Below, piece by piece: positions 1 through 13,439 of a DNA stretch of 64,000 nucleotides. The notes beneath the pieces were generated by a model. The model saw only the letters and a program-made list of their open reading frames with translations, did no database searches and had not been told where the DNA came from. The position numbers were made by a program, and so were the translations under genes. Each line of letters opens with the position of its first letter. The stretch's first letter is position 1. This DNA is from Fimbriosthenelais zetlandica (Eukaryota). The stretch covers positions 50,592,001 through 50,656,000 of the forward strand of contig OZ365110.1 in NCBI GenBank assembly GCA_977030845.1. Direction: 5' to 3'.

Positions 1-2209
1 GCACAGGGCTGACTGAAAAACCAATCAGCACGACTTTTTGATCTTCAACAGTTGGGAGATATCCACATAGATCTATCACTGTCCTGGATTATTGGACCTG
101 TCAGAATGCCTCTGATACTCTAGTTGTCCTATTGTGAAATAAAAAGGTCAACTTATCGGGCGAGGGACGTTTCAGCAGCCTCGTTTTGGTGTCAGGGAGT
201 GAGTCAACCTAGTATTATTATTGTTTTTAGCTTGAGAACGCTTTCTTGTCAGAAATTCGGCGCTTTTCGCACACAATGTGCTGTGATTTTTGAAAGGCAG
301 CAATGATATTTTTACAAGTATTCCATGATAGTCAGTGAGAGATATGTCTGGTCTTTAACATGCCTCTCACTATATGCAGTGGAGGACATGGCTGATTTAT
401 TTGGTCTCTGAAGGCTTCAAATTGTATATTCTGCCACTCAGTTTGGATATAAATAATTCATATATTTTAGCCATTGAGTATGGGAAAACTACGCACATTG
501 AAAAGACATTAAAGGTGCTTTCCTGTTACAGTGCATGTTATGGTAACTCGTTCCTCTTTTCAAATTGGGCCTCGCAGGATTCAACTTAATGATGGCTTTA
601 TTCCTTGGTTAAAATGAATGGCTGAACAAGTCGCTCACACCTTTAGGAAGCCCCTCTAACCGATCTCAATCAGTAAAAGATGAGGATAAATTTCCACACT
701 GAACCAAATTAGGAATAACCCTCCTCCATATATCCATTGCAGACTGCAACAAATCCCCGAAATTGATTTGATGAATTGCGAATCCATTACAAAATATGAC
801 AGATAATGTTCCCTCTCAAGTTTGAAACCTTCATTTGCATTTTATGACTTTTCGTTTGGCAAACCTGCTGAATTCACTTCATGAATGTGTCACAAAGAAA
901 CAGAATACAAATGGATTGGTCGGACCTCTCCAAATGCCATCAGAAAGAAAGTACATCGATCCGATGATATTTTGTTTTCACTTTGTGAAAGCTGATTTAT
1001 AAATATCACATTTACTGATGTTTTGCATCAGTAGATTAAAATGTGTGATTGTAATTTGTAAGGATTGTAATCCTTCTTTCCACAGCTGTTTTTCATAACA
1101 ATATAAGAAGTTCAGGGGTGAATTCCCATTGATTTGACATAAGGTTAAGTGTCATATAGATATTTCTTTTAGGTATGGAGACTTCCAATTAGCAACAAAA
1201 TGATTCATGAAAGGCCTTTAGTATGGTTTCCCGGAAATTAAAATGAGATTTAAAAATGAAAAAGTCAAAGGTAAAATGTCATAGATATCTATCTGTGTCG
1301 TGTTGTATGGTATAGGGGAATGTTGAAGGTCGGCTCCACTTGTAAGATCAATTATCTGTTGTGTTTTTGTGAATATTATGTGCTTAAACATGAATGAATC
1401 ATTGCTACTATAAGGACTTCCTATTGTAGGCGATCATTAGCGGGTAATTAGGTGTCATTCAACGCCAACCCCGAGGCTGAGAAGCAATGTAAAGGCTTCC
1501 CAATAAACTGGATGCAACTTGAGGCTATCCGAAATTCAGTGTCAGCCTTCAAAGACTAGATTATACAGCTTAGACTTTAAAGTCTAGGGATTAAATAATG
1601 AACCCTTACAGCAAAATTAATGCTCATTAATAATCATTAGAGACTTAAGCCCCATTTCCACTGAGATATTTTGGTGATGAACGTCAGCCTTGTTTGCCAG
1701 TTGGCCAGAAGCAATTATTTGCAGGCCTGCGCACTGTAACAATGTCTGGAAAACGACCCAATGGCTTTAGTTTACATTAACTGGCATAATAGAATCACAG
1801 TTCATATTACATTTGGGGGAGATCCACTGAGGGCATTAGGAAATGTGACAGTCCTAAATAGAGGCTATTGAAAAGTTTTTATATGTAATGTCAATAGTTT
1901 CATTAAGATAGAGGTAAGTTTCAATGCATGAGTTTACCTGAAAATATTATATATTCTGTCAAAATCAGTTTAGAAATAGTGAGTATATTGATCAGTCCTT
2001 TGTCTATTCTATTAATAACCATATTAATGGACATCAATTTAAGACAAATTAAGCGATAAATCGAGCTGATAAATAATTACACGCACATATATGTTTGAGG
2101 CAGATCATGGCACAGTGCTTACCCTCGTGTGACTGGATCAATCGTTAAAAGATTAATTTCTGTGTTAAAATATGGAGATGTGTTTGGTCATGCTACATGC
2201 TCCTCTCCC

Positions 2210-2279
2210 GGGGGCCTGTATCATAAAACTCATGTTATTTTAGCTATTAGTAAGTAACAGTTTTTTCTGTAACAGTCCC
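2210..2279. mobile_element. 70-bp mini inverted-repeat element, variant interior
   Basis: Ends GGGGGCCTGTATCA ... TGTAACAGTCCC resemble the termini of the 70-bp family at 12440 and 37523; the interior differs. Confidence 0.4.
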
Positions 2280-2717
2280 TCTTTTCGCATGCCTCGTGTC
2301 AGTGAATTTGTTACTGGGTTACTCGGCTGTGGCCCTATTTTCTCTTTACTTGTAGGAATTGAAGACAAACTATATGGGAATGTTCCAAACTACCAGGCAG
2401 ATGTAGGAAAATTAGCAATACTGTAGTCTATGGCTATTATTTGTTTTGAAACGGCGGCTACAGGCCAATTTTTTCCGATCTTGCTCCCATAATCCAATAA
2501 CCCCGCGTCTAACTTTATATTGACGACACTAAACTGACGTCATTCGAGGCTAAAAATAGCCCAGGGTAAATGAATGAGAGGTGGGCGTCTAAATATAAAG
2601 TGATGCTATATGACATTGTGGAGGGTAAGAGAGGGCAGAGAGGCCTGTCAATGGTGAATGGTCTGCCCTCAGCTGTCAGGTCCCTTGTGATTCAAACTAT
2701 TTTCAAGATTCAGACTT

Positions 2718-2845
2718 CTATCTGTACACTGTAAGACCGTAGATGATTGCAGTCCAGATTTATATCTGTACACTGTAAAACCATAGAAAATGGCAATCCA
2801 GACGTATATGTGTACACTGTAAGACCATCGATGATAGCTATATCA
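2718..2845 (+). repeat. Degenerate tandem repeat, 44-bp unit x ~3
   Basis: (C/G)TGTACACTGTAA recurs at 2722, 2766 and 2810, each followed by (G/A)ACC(G/A)T.GA. Confidence 0.85.
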
Positions 2846-3681
2846 AGTGGGCAAGGGAGTAGAATTTGACTTAAGTTCCAGTCAGATTTTTCTCGAAGAA
2901 TAATTTGGTGCTCCAATTCAACAAGTATATCAAATACGCTGTTGTAACACAATGCACTTCTTAGTATTGTCTAATTAGCAGCAGTGGATGGAGAAGGACA
3001 ATCTTAGCCCCCCAAAATATTCGGAGAATTGTTGGGGAATTATGTTACTGTAGTTAAAAATAGCCATGTGGGACCTATTAAGGCTTCCTTCTTGATCATT
3101 TACTGGATGTATTGTTAATACTTATAATAATTATCATAATTGAAAAGCCTATATGGGGAATCTGTTTTTAAAGTGTACTCTATGCCTACACAGTCTGGGA
3201 GGGCAGGAGAATGAAGCAACATAAGAGGAATCTGCCATGTGGGTCTAAGACCGGAGCAGACCGGTTTGGCTTGGTTTGGTTGAGCGTCCGTAGACAACAA
3301 GGGAGAGGGCGAGGAGGAGAGGGGAGGTCACCTTGGCTACTAGGATGTTTTTCTCTGATTAAAAAACTCCCGTAGTGAATGGCACCCAGGAATAAACCAT
3401 CTGGCCATACTTCAAACAGGCGGCACTGGTCCAACCTATGGTTTTTACTTCTACATAATGTAAGTGGATTCGCTTCACTCCATCAGTTGGCCTGCGATAG
3501 GCAATTGCATTATGTTGGTGCAAGGTGCTAAGAGGTATGTGCCCTTGGCCTGCACTTCATTACTCTTTAGCCCACGCTCCTAACTATGGTGAAGTTTCCT
3601 CATCGTGTATAAAAGTTTTTAGATTGTTCTTATGGGTGGTATTAATCAAACACAAGCTCCAAAATATCCTTGGAGTTTTAT

Positions 3682-3792
3682 GTCCCATGTTGGTTTTCTT
3701 GATATATGTCACTCGACCATTCAATTGGCTATGGAAAAGTAAGGGGACTGCCTGATGTATAGGTCCAGAACATGGGTCAGTGGACATGGGGG
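3682..3792. mobile_element. ~100-bp MITE-like element, CCATGTCCACTGAGC family
   Basis: Right end TGGGTCAGTGGACATGGGG is the reverse complement of the family terminus; left end GTCCCATGT...TTTTCTTGATATATGTCA is degenerate. Confidence 0.6.
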
Positions 3793-6756
3793 TTGAGAGT
3801 CACTTGCTGTTACTGCATATTTTATTCATTCATTGTGGATATGGACCTGTATTATGGGCTGGAGACCCAAGGCTATGAGGCCCCAACAAAGCATTGGGCT
3901 AGAAGCAAATGCAAAACCCATATATATGCTACACATTCCCCCTGTTATATAACTGCATCTGTCACAGGAAAAGAACTTTCACTGATATATGTCACAGGAC
4001 ACAAAATCGAAGGAAAATCTTGCGCAAGTTGCAGCGAACCCTCACTGGGCCTGCAGTGAGGGAAAACGCTGTGAGAGAAAACTCCAGCCCTGGAGCAGAT
4101 GTGGAAAGCTCTCACTGGCTTCAGCTCTGTGACAGATCTTTTGCAAGTGGAAGCAAACTATCCCTTGCAGGAGTCATAGCAGGATTATTCCCGCAATTTT
4201 TCTGTGGTTGCACGGGCTCGACGCAGTTATACAACAACTGGATTGCCCAAGCAGTTATATCTACTGCAGCAAGAGCTGGCCACAAAACAAATCACAGTTC
4301 TGGCAAGTTATAAAATATGCTGGAGTCACTCCACAACTGCCCCACATGATCTTTGAGCATCATTCAAATCCTGGTTTGGGCAATGAGGACTTTTCTAAGA
4401 GATCTCCATCTTAATCCTAGCTTTAATTCATGAAGGTAGAATGGAAGGCCTGACAGTACTGAGCCACAGTAGGAGAAAGGTGAGGAGGCTGTAGCTGATT
4501 TAAACATTTAACAACAATTTGGGCCAAGATGAATGAGTAGGAAGTCACAGAACCCGCCTGTATGATGGTCTGGAAGACTAAGGGTCATTAGATGCTCCCT
4601 ACTGTGACCTAATGGTTATAATTTTGTCAATGGGTATAGCTGCAATGGGTTATTTTTAATTGCAAAGTTGCGGTTTAGTTTTGACTAGCCATTGTGGCTG
4701 ATTTTCTATGCCCTCAGGTGCCAAATCTGTCACATCAATAACAAATAGAAGACAATTTAGGCGTCCTTATGATGCAAACAGCAAACCCCTAATATTAGTC
4801 CAGTTACACTTGCGGCAGTTGCAGTAGAACCTATTGCTAAAATTGCAAGATTTAGGTTTGAAAAAATGAAAAGAAATTTCGAAGCTCCCCCATCCCTCTT
4901 CAAAGGGCATCTCCCCTGTCCCTTTACAAAATTTACAAAATCTTGGATCAGCCCCAGTCTACTGGTCTTTTGTTTTCTCATGTTTCTCATTTAAAGTGAG
5001 GTTTAAATTATTACAGCCTTGGGGAGGAAGGAGATGCGATGGAATTAAGCTAAATAGAGATAAATGGGTAGGAATGTGTACATCCGAAAACACTTCACCT
5101 TCATTTCTAAAGGAGTCTAATTACGGTATTAAATATTAAGTCGAGTAACAGTAATGTGACTCGTTACAAGGGGCTTCAAATGGTGGAAACTATTAAAAAA
5201 TACATAGGATTCAATTAAATATCCTATTAAATGAATAAAATAATATAAAGTCAAATATGTCACTTTAAAATGAAATGGAGATATTGACCGAAAGATTATT
5301 AAATTACTTTTGTTTTTCCAACTCTGTGGTTATAAGCTTAAATTTTAATCAGGTTTAAATGTAAACGGGGATATTGAATCTTGTCAAATCAAATCCGATC
5401 CGTTAATTGTATCCATAAAATCATGAACAAAAACAATTAAAACTTAAAAAGGGATAGAAACAGAATGTAGATTTCAGCAGTATGAAAGCCTTCCCATTCC
5501 CAGTATTCTGGATAATAATTATAATCCATACAGCACTCTGAAAGTCTTACATACAGAATAAATGAAAACCTTGTGATCCTAGCTAACGATGTAATTACTA
5601 CTCTGGGTATTGAGGAAGGCCTATAGCTGAGAACAAGCTACTCTAGCCCTGATTGAAATCCTCACTGGTGCCTTCCTCGAAGCAATCTGACTTTTTTTAT
5701 TTTGCAAGGGTGGAGGGTAGAAACACAAATAAAATATATCACAATGGACATGTTGATTCCAACAGAAGTATTTGTGATTGAAAAAAATGAACAGTACTGT
5801 GTTGGCATTTGGTCAGTATCTAGTAGAGTCGACTTTGTGGTCTATCCCCTAGTCCTATTATAATGTAGAGATAGGCAATGATAGTCGTAAAACTCTTGCC
5901 AAGGCGAATGACGCGCCAGTCTCAAAAACAGCGAGTGCTTTTCGGATTCTCGCCGTTCCAACCATGGTTCAAACGGTGACAAACTGGCAGGAGTAATTTA
6001 CAAACTATAACCCTAAGCCTGTACCCTTATAAATATACAGGTATGGAAGTATCACCAAATTTGTCCTGAGCAATCCCTGTTACTGAGGGCTTTCCATCTA
6101 TAATATATGGAACTCAGTCTCAAGAGAACTTGTCATAACTTCAATAGAAATTTCAGACCATGCGTGCATTTGAAATAATTGGATAAAGATAGAAACCGGG
6201 ATAAAGATAGTCTTTAAGTTCCTTCTAAAACGATCCCTCTAAAACCAGCAACTGAAAATCCATTACAATTCCATTAATAACACTGAGGTCTGATCGAGAT
6301 TCGATGTGGCCTTCTAGCCGTACTATCATTGTCCCTAGTACTGTAGGTAATCTACTTGATTAGATAATGGCGTGCAGATTCCTAAGCTGTTGGCCTTGCT
6401 CATTGGCAGGGTTGTGGTATTGGGAGGACCAGTGGGAGGAGGAAGTCTGGAGGTTTGGCCCCTATTGGTACAGGGTCAGGGTTAAACTCAGGTTCATACA
6501 ATATTTGTTCTTCAAGGGAGGTTTAGGTAACATTGCATGGGTTCAAAGGAAGACTGTGTATCAGTACAAGAAACCCTTAATTGGAACGTACATGTATGTA
6601 CTTTGTCGAAAAAGGAAATTTAGGTTAATTGATTTCACTGAAGAGTAAGGGTAGGCCTACTATTTCTCCAATTCTGGATCTCCATGGCCTTCACTTCTCG
6701 AAAAACACTGGTCAATATATCATTTTACATATTTTCCTAGCCATCTTTCTATCCTC

Positions 6757-6900
6757 TTACATGCCTCTCACCACAGGGAGTGGGAGACATGCATGGCTAG
6801 CTAGCCTTTTACATGCTTCTCACCACAGAGAGTGGGAGACATGGCTGGCCTGTTACGTGTCTCCCACCACAGAGAGTGAAAGACATTGCTGGCCTTGGAC
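6757..6900 (+). repeat. 44-bp minisatellite family, ~3 units
   Basis: Units such as CATGGCTGGCC(T/G)TTACATGC(C/T)TCTCACCACAGAGAGTGGGAGA match the 15.4-kb array in the opposite orientation. Confidence 0.9.
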
Positions 6901-7756
6901 GGCCAAATTGCCTTTTTTTTTTCTTCTTTTTTTTTAGAATTTTTTAGAATTTTTATAGAGCCTGTTATGGGTGAATACCAGCTCACACTCTTGATTACTC
7001 ATCACTGCATGGTGGGATAGAATTGAAGTACCTTCAACATTCAAGTGCAGCACATTTCCACCTGAGCCACAGTAAAACCCCGAACAACATGGATCCCCAG
7101 TGTAAAATAAACCCAGATTTGCTGGTCTGAAACACCGGACCATATCGTGAGTGACTGGTGGAATGAGGCGTCAATATGGCTATATATTATCACATCCCAT
7201 GTTTGATGGATTGGGACCATATTCATCTCCCGGCGATTCGCTCCATCAGCCATGGGGCTGTAGCAGAAGCGTTTGTTCCAGTGTTTGGCATTAATTATGA
7301 TCTATATATGTAATACAATACTTGATCTGCCTCCAGAGACCCATTCTAGCCACATAGAATAAGGGGATTTATGGTAAACTATTATTACCTATAGTTGTAA
7401 TGGTGGGAAGATATATGACAAAACTGTCGGTGCAATTTTGCGACAGCAATAAATACCAAAAGAAATTTTCCGTTGAGAAGGACATGTTGATGCATAGAAA
7501 AAATTCTTCTGTCAGGGCGTTTCCACTTTCTTGGAGTACGATGATAGACATATGTCACTTTTTTCGGTTTTTGAAACTGCTGACTTTGAAATAACCACAT
7601 CATGGTTGAAGCAATATTTCAAGTAAACTGCAGCTTACAAATATCGGAGAAAGACATAGTATTCACAATGGCTTTTAGTGGTCATTTGTAATTCAAAATT
7701 TCTTTGGTTTCAGAGATATATGTCAAACTATATAGTGGACACCTCATTGCTGAAAA

Positions 7757-7857
7757 GCCATGTCCACTGAGCGACAGTTCTCCCATCAATTGCTTAATAT
7801 GGACAATTAATGGGCCAACTGAACTACATTAAGAAAATGGCTCAGTGAACAAGGGGC
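7757..7857. mobile_element. ~100-bp MITE-like element, CCATGTCCACTGAGC family
   Basis: Left GCCATGTCCACTGAGC and right GCTCAGTGAACAAGGGGC are imperfect terminal inverted repeats. The internal CCCATCAATTGC motif is shared with copies at 32.0 and 43.5 kb. Confidence 0.75.
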
Positions 7858-8809
7858 TTAAATGGACTGGTTGCATATATTATAAACTCTAAGACTATAC
7901 AACAAATAGTCCATTTGCATGACCTTGCCTAAGAAGCTAGTCAGTTAAGTTACATAACACCTTAGATACGGCACCCAAGCACAACATTCTTATATTTAAA
8001 GCAAACGCACTAGGTGTCAGGTCAACTCATGTGCACGACCTTGACCCAGAAACTTTGCTAGTCAGGTAAGTTACATAACAGCTAAGTTATGGCACCAAAA
8101 CACCGTGTTGTTCTACTAGAACCAAACAAGCTAGGGTGTAACTCATGGTCAAATCGACTATTGACCATTATAGCAATCAGTATATAGGTAGCTGACCACC
8201 TGGGTCTGGTCTTTACCCTGGTATTCACCCTTGCAACTGACCAGAGTACTGACCAGTGCATGGTGATGATGATCACCCAGCCTGGAGTGAACAGATAGAT
8301 CATGTCTATATTGATCCCACATAACTTATATGATGGGTCAGTTAATGTGGGCTGCTCACCGCCCATGGACTGACCAGTGCCTCCTCCAGATGTCCAGCCC
8401 CTTCTCATATCTGCCTAATCTCTCCTCACACACCCCTGGGATTAGTACTTAATCCAGTATGATGATCCAAATTGACCTGATAAATGCATCCAGTAAATTG
8501 ACCTTCTTCATGCTTGGATCACCATTCGTAAGTACTCCTACTCCCCGACATCATTTCTGCGTAATCTTCAATAATTTTGTCAATTAATGTTACTTAGGGA
8601 TCTCTGCACCTTGTCATTGCGATTTTGTTCTCGTGGCGCGTGATTGGAGGTCACGGCATTGGTGTGGCAGTGGGAAGAAAGCAATTGTTGCAAGTAGTGA
8701 AAGGTTGCAAGAATCGCAAGGCAAAATACTGAGAGATTAGTCATTAAAGTAACATGGCAAAATCTCACTTAGAACAACATCAACTTGTCGGTGGAACTGA
8801 TCTGGAAAA

Positions 8810-8868
8810 GCCCGTTTCAGCATTCCCCATAGACTTAGCACTGCTGATAATTGTTCTGAAACAGTCCC
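8810..8868. mobile_element. 70-bp mini inverted-repeat element (shortened copy)
   Basis: GCCCGTTTCAG ... CCATAGACTTAGCACTGCTGA ... CTGAAACAGTCCC; core shared with 12440, 37523, 37840 and 60324. Confidence 0.7.
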
Positions 8869-9237
8869 AAAATAAACTAATGACAACTATCTTCACTAAG
8901 ATGATATATCTCTTCAAACGCACACCATGCGTTTCACTTCTGGCTCCCAGAAAACTCTATGGCAGAGTGGGCGGGGCTGGTGGTTCACGTTTTAAATGGA
9001 CAGATAGGGTGTTACTGTCATCAATCGGGGCTGATCGGTGGGTGGAAAAAATCAATGCTACTTAGGTGTGGTCGGGTTTCAGACGAGGGCAATTTACAGG
9101 CTCACAGGATCATGGCGATTAACCCATGATCCAGGCGGGTAGTGGGCGATGAGAATAATCAGTCTTGATTATGGTGGTTATTGGAGGTATTGGGTAATCG
9201 GGGTAAGAGTTAGGTGTCTGTCATGTCTGGAGATATT

Positions 9238-9505
9238 AATGGGTTTATATAGGCCTACAATGGGTTTACCTGCAATTGGTTTAGCTGTGTTTGCAATCCG
9301 TTTGCAAACAATGGATTTGTCTGCAATGGGTTCAATTGCAATGGGTTTAGCATGCAGCAATGGTTTGCCTGCAATTGGTTGTCTAATGGGTTTGCCTACA
9401 ATGGGTTTAGCTGGTAAATGGTTTGCCTGCTGCTGGTTTAGCTGACATTGGTTTCTTGCAATGACTTTAGCTGAAATGGGCTTTTCTGCACTGGTGTTGA
9501 TGCGC
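9238..9505 (-). repeat. Degenerate 15-bp tandem repeat (~15 units), reads as a KPIAx pentapeptide on the minus strand
   Basis: Plus-strand unit AATGGGTTT(A/G)(C/G)CTGC; ORF 9178-9360(-) reads AKPIAIEPIADKSIVCKRIANTAKPIAGKPIVG. Confidence 0.8.
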
Positions 9506-9549
9506 TAGAACATTAAAATTAGTCTAACAAGAACGCAACTTAGCAACAA

Positions 9550-10420
9550 CTGGAACTGAAACAATAGGCCAAAGCACCCGATAATTAGTATCATGACTTG
9601 TTTGAAAAGAAGTGGCAAACCTTGCCAGTAGGTTATTAACCCAGGTGTAGCCCAAATTACAAGCATCCGGTTTGAAAGAGGAGCTAAAATGGATGCTCAG
9701 TGGGCTTACTATATGCTTGGATAACGGTGGTATTATAGGACAGGAAGGATCAATGGTGGTTAATCCAGTGAATCAGTCAATGTTGACAGATTTTGATTTG
9801 CCTCAACCATTAGCCTGAGTCAGGTATTAGAATATAACAGATCTGTGTCTGCCCACTGCCATCCACAACGTTAAGTGGTGGGGAAATCGATGTCGGGTCG
9901 TTAGGCCTCCATCACTGCTGGTCAGAGCTGTCATTGCCAATACAATATGTACAGTATACTATAGGTATAATAGCCACTAGCTCCATGTGTTTGGGAGATT
10001 TTCTGCTGCAACCGTTGCAAGTGTAACTGCACTAGCAGGGGCTTGCTATATGTGTGGCGTCACTGTAATTTTGCGATGGGTGACTATATTGTGTTCTATA
10101 TGTGAGGGATGTCTATAATGTGCTCTATTTATAAGGGTTGCCTATATTGTGCTCTATTTGTGAGTGTTGTGGCAGATCCCATAGAAAAGTCTAGCCGCAG
10201 CAGAATCGCAAAATTCACAAGGGCAAAACAACCACAGTAGAGAGAGCTACGTCAAATCGCTCTCTGGTTGAACCTGATTCACTGGGCTTCAGGGAATCAT
10301 TCTTTTCGGTTTCTTTTGTTTCATTACCGAATCTTGTACGTATCCTTCAGTAAGATTAAGTAGGTCATCCAATTGTTAAATTGTTTCCGGGACTTTGGAA
10401 ACTACCAGGGGACCATTTCC
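9550..10420 (-). mobile_element. Decayed Ty3/Gypsy (Mag-like) gag remnant
   Basis: Manual translation with stops, QLDDLLNLTEGYV...NQVQPESD...CEFCDSAAARLFYGI, resembles the gag motif RxQxxGESV...LAxxCEFG...RDRLVxGI. No intact ORF; not database-checked. Confidence 0.35.
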
Positions 10421-11117
10421 TTGATGTATACCAGGTTGGCAACTGTTACAGCCTATAAGCAATTGATGGGCCAACTGACATATGCCAAGAAAACAGCTCT
10501 CTGGACATACAATTGTACATCGGAAAGTTATTAGAATAGGATCAACATGTCCTTTTGGAGTTAAAAATGATAGGGGACTTAAAAGTAAAATAATATAATT
10601 ATAATTACAACAGATTTATACAGTCATGTACGTATAATTCCCTATGCCAACAGAAGAGAAAGTTTAAGGCTTACTTTCCCTCCAGGTACACACTCTCTTA
10701 TCATATTAAGGCAGTAACTTAAGCAGTAACTAAGGTTAAAATAATCACCAAATAAGAATTAAATTTACCGGTCAAAGGCTGCCACTCAAATCTCGGTCAT
10801 AGGCTCCTAATTGAAGGTCAGGAGAGGTTTTATCCGTTACGGGTGTGGGTTAGGGAAGGGAAGGAAGCGAGATAATTTTTAAAAGGTTGGGTACCACAGC
10901 TCATTACCATTTTTATGAGGTTTAGCATTCCATTTTCATTAGTATCCTCACGTCCGGGAAAACAAAAGGCCATTAGCTTGATGGGACATTCCAGAGAAAA
11001 AGTTAAGGTAAGGATATTCACAAAATAGCCGATAACCTTTCTCTATTAAAGCTGGAACATTGAAAAACACTACTCAACGTAGAGGAGAGATTAAACTTTG
11101 TAAACCTTGTTGGGTTG

Positions 11118-11309
11118 TGTACCCACAAGAAGCGGGAGGTTTCTGATCAAGCTAGCATAAGAATTGTACCCACAAGAAGCGGGAGGTTTCTGATCAAGCT
11201 AGCATAAGAATTGTACCCACAAGAAGCGGGAGGTTTCTGATCAAGCTAGAATAAGAATTGTACCCACAAGAAGCGGGAGGTTTCTGATCAAGCTAGAATA
11301 AGAATTGTA
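11118..11309 (+). repeat. Near-perfect tandem repeat, 47-bp unit x4
   Basis: TGTACCCACAAGAAGCGGGAGGTTTCTGATCAAGCTAG(C/A)ATAAGAAT starts at 11118, 11165, 11212 and 11259, with one variable site. Confidence 0.97.
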
Positions 11310-11819
11310 AGTCACACAAGATGGTATATTAAACAATATATCACTTTAGAGATAATTTAATTTTAGGGTACAGAAGAAACCCTAACATAAGAAACATACT
11401 AGGAAATTACTGTATTATTGCTATAAACAATCCCAATAAAGGAAATAAATTAAAATCCTGTCACCAGTGTGCACATATTTCTTAAAATCTCACATCATCC
11501 AAAAGTGCACTACAAAATAATGCAGGCTTAATTTTTCAGATATTGTCTCTAACGCAATATCGGAAGTGCATAGATAAATAAAAGTGGCAGCAAATTGATC
11601 AACGCTTAACCCTTTAATCTTTGTACAACAAAAAGCTATAATCATCCAAACAGCATGAGTGTACTTGTGTTAGAGAGTTTGGTCTCTTGGGGAGGCGCTT
11701 TAAGCGGGCCCCTGACTGCTATATCCCGGGTAATGGATCACTCCCTTCTCGGGAGGGTGTGTGTGGGGTGTTTTTCTTTTGTTCCCCGCCCAAATTGATC
11801 CTGAAATTGGCGAATTGGT

Positions 11820-13360
11820 TTGGACACAGGTGGTGGGATGTATCTGGTGGGGCCCCGGCCCGGGCTAGAGGGGGAGAAAGTACCCCTAGTGACTTTAGAT
11901 TGTTACCATATTCATGAGGTTGAGAGAAAGGTTCTAGACGACATGATGACTACGTTAGGAATACCAAACGACCAATTAGTCGGGTTAGTGTATTCAGTAA
12001 GCAATAAGATCATAAGGAAATTCTTAGTGAAGTTGACCGAGCTCTCCACATGGGGGTATGTAGGCCCAGGCCCAATTTAATCAGTCTTCATGAATAGATC
12101 ATGAATGTTGTGATAAAATGCTCAAGAGTAATGCTGCATTAAAAGACTTCTCCAAGCAAATTTTACTGGGAGTAATTTCAAGGAAAGTCCACAATTTTGC
12201 AAAATAATAATGATACTCAACAGTAGGCATATATATATGTATTTAGTGATCTGGAGGTTACTTTTATACCAAGTACTGCAACAATTGATCACTCCATGGA
12301 AATCTCTATACTAGAGAGTCATGGATAATGCCGACTGCTTACATATAAAATAAATAAATGATAAATTACCAATAATTTGAAGTGGGGTCCTTCCATTTCG
12401 GAGAATATTTTTGCTCTTTTCACAGATCCTATAGCCTCTGGGGCCTGTTCCAACACAGCTAATTTCCCATAGACATAGCATTGCTAGTGGTTGTTCTGAA
12501 ACAGACCCCTGAGCGCCCCAACCACTTCCCCAATCCTAGATCCGCCCATGTAAGTCTGGACCAAGACATGTTGAATTCCACAAGATTCAATTTGTCTTGG
12601 CCATGTCACAAACACCTCCGTCTAGACCAACACGCGCTCTCTATGCTAGACATTGATCAGTCTATACGTATAGGAGTGGGCGGGTAGGATAGTTATAGAG
12701 GAGACAACCATCTGGTACTTCTATATGGTATGCAGGAGAAGGTTCCTAGATATATTCTCATCAGAATATACGAATTTTTCATATTAAATGCCATATTTTC
12801 TGACCAGAATATCCCTTATAGTAATAGTTGTTTTAGCATTTCCACGGTGTAGTTATTGCAGTTCCAGTTCAACAATTAATATGGGAAATACTACATAATG
12901 TATTATTATAAATAAAAGTATGTATCCCTAAAGTCAACAGACGCCATATGATCATTACATTTTAATGATGTTACCATATTATTTGTCTGTGTGAAGCAGA
13001 TGAAGCAGACATAAACAGATAAAATGAACATTAAATATTAAATGTTAAATGCAGGTTGTCTGAATGTCCATATATATGTTTGACAATCGGCTAAATTGAT
13101 AGAAAATCGGTTTAGTGGACCTGGAGCATAATACTATAACAGTAGCAGTCCCTCATGCACCTTCGGCAACAGAAGCCAAATATGGAAGCTTCGGTGAGAG
13201 GCCGTCTCACCGGACTAGCTTATCCACAAACTTGTGGTTAAGAACAAATTACAATTGCGCCTCCACTCCCACGATAACAATCACGATGGCAATAGGGAAA
13301 ACCCCTACAATATACTATAGCCAACTTGAATCAATTTTTCCAAAGTGTACAAAATGAATA
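11820..13360 (+). mobile_element. Possible decayed L1/Tx1-type ORF1 fragments
   Basis: ORF 11820-12080 (LDDMMTTLGIPNDQLVGL...FLVKL) and ORF 13115-13357 (ITVAVPHAP...YGSF...IGKTPTIYYSQ...PKC) loosely follow the Tx1 ORF1 layout leading to a CCHC knuckle. A (TGAA)n-like tract lies at ~14313-14352. Similarity judged by eye only. Confidence 0.3.
12440..12509. mobile_element. 70-bp mini inverted-repeat element
   Basis: GGGGCCTGTTCCA ... CCATAGACATAGCATTGCTAG ... TGAAACAGACCCC; clear terminal inverted repeats. Confidence 0.8.
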
Positions 13361-13439
13361 TGGACTACATTGAAGGTTTTTGCTATTGCCTATAGGCTAT
13401 CTTAACTGGCATTGCTTATCTATATTCTCAGGAGTTCAT

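Noticed and set aside
4757-4990. 77-aa ORF with an apparent transmembrane segment
   Set aside because: It is built from repeat pieces: a GGGGC.GATCCA.GATTTT terminus and the TGCAAC.G..GCAAGTGTAACTG.ACTA motif also present at ~10010.
7369-7551. FSTENFFWYL resembling the RGS-domain FSEENxxFW motif
   Set aside because: A single short motif with no supporting helices, splice sites or neighbouring exons.
6960-9060. Gypsy pol/integrase continuing downstream of the gag remnant
   Set aside because: Only faint resemblances (PMADGANRRE, TPHSTS); no RT catalytic motif was found.
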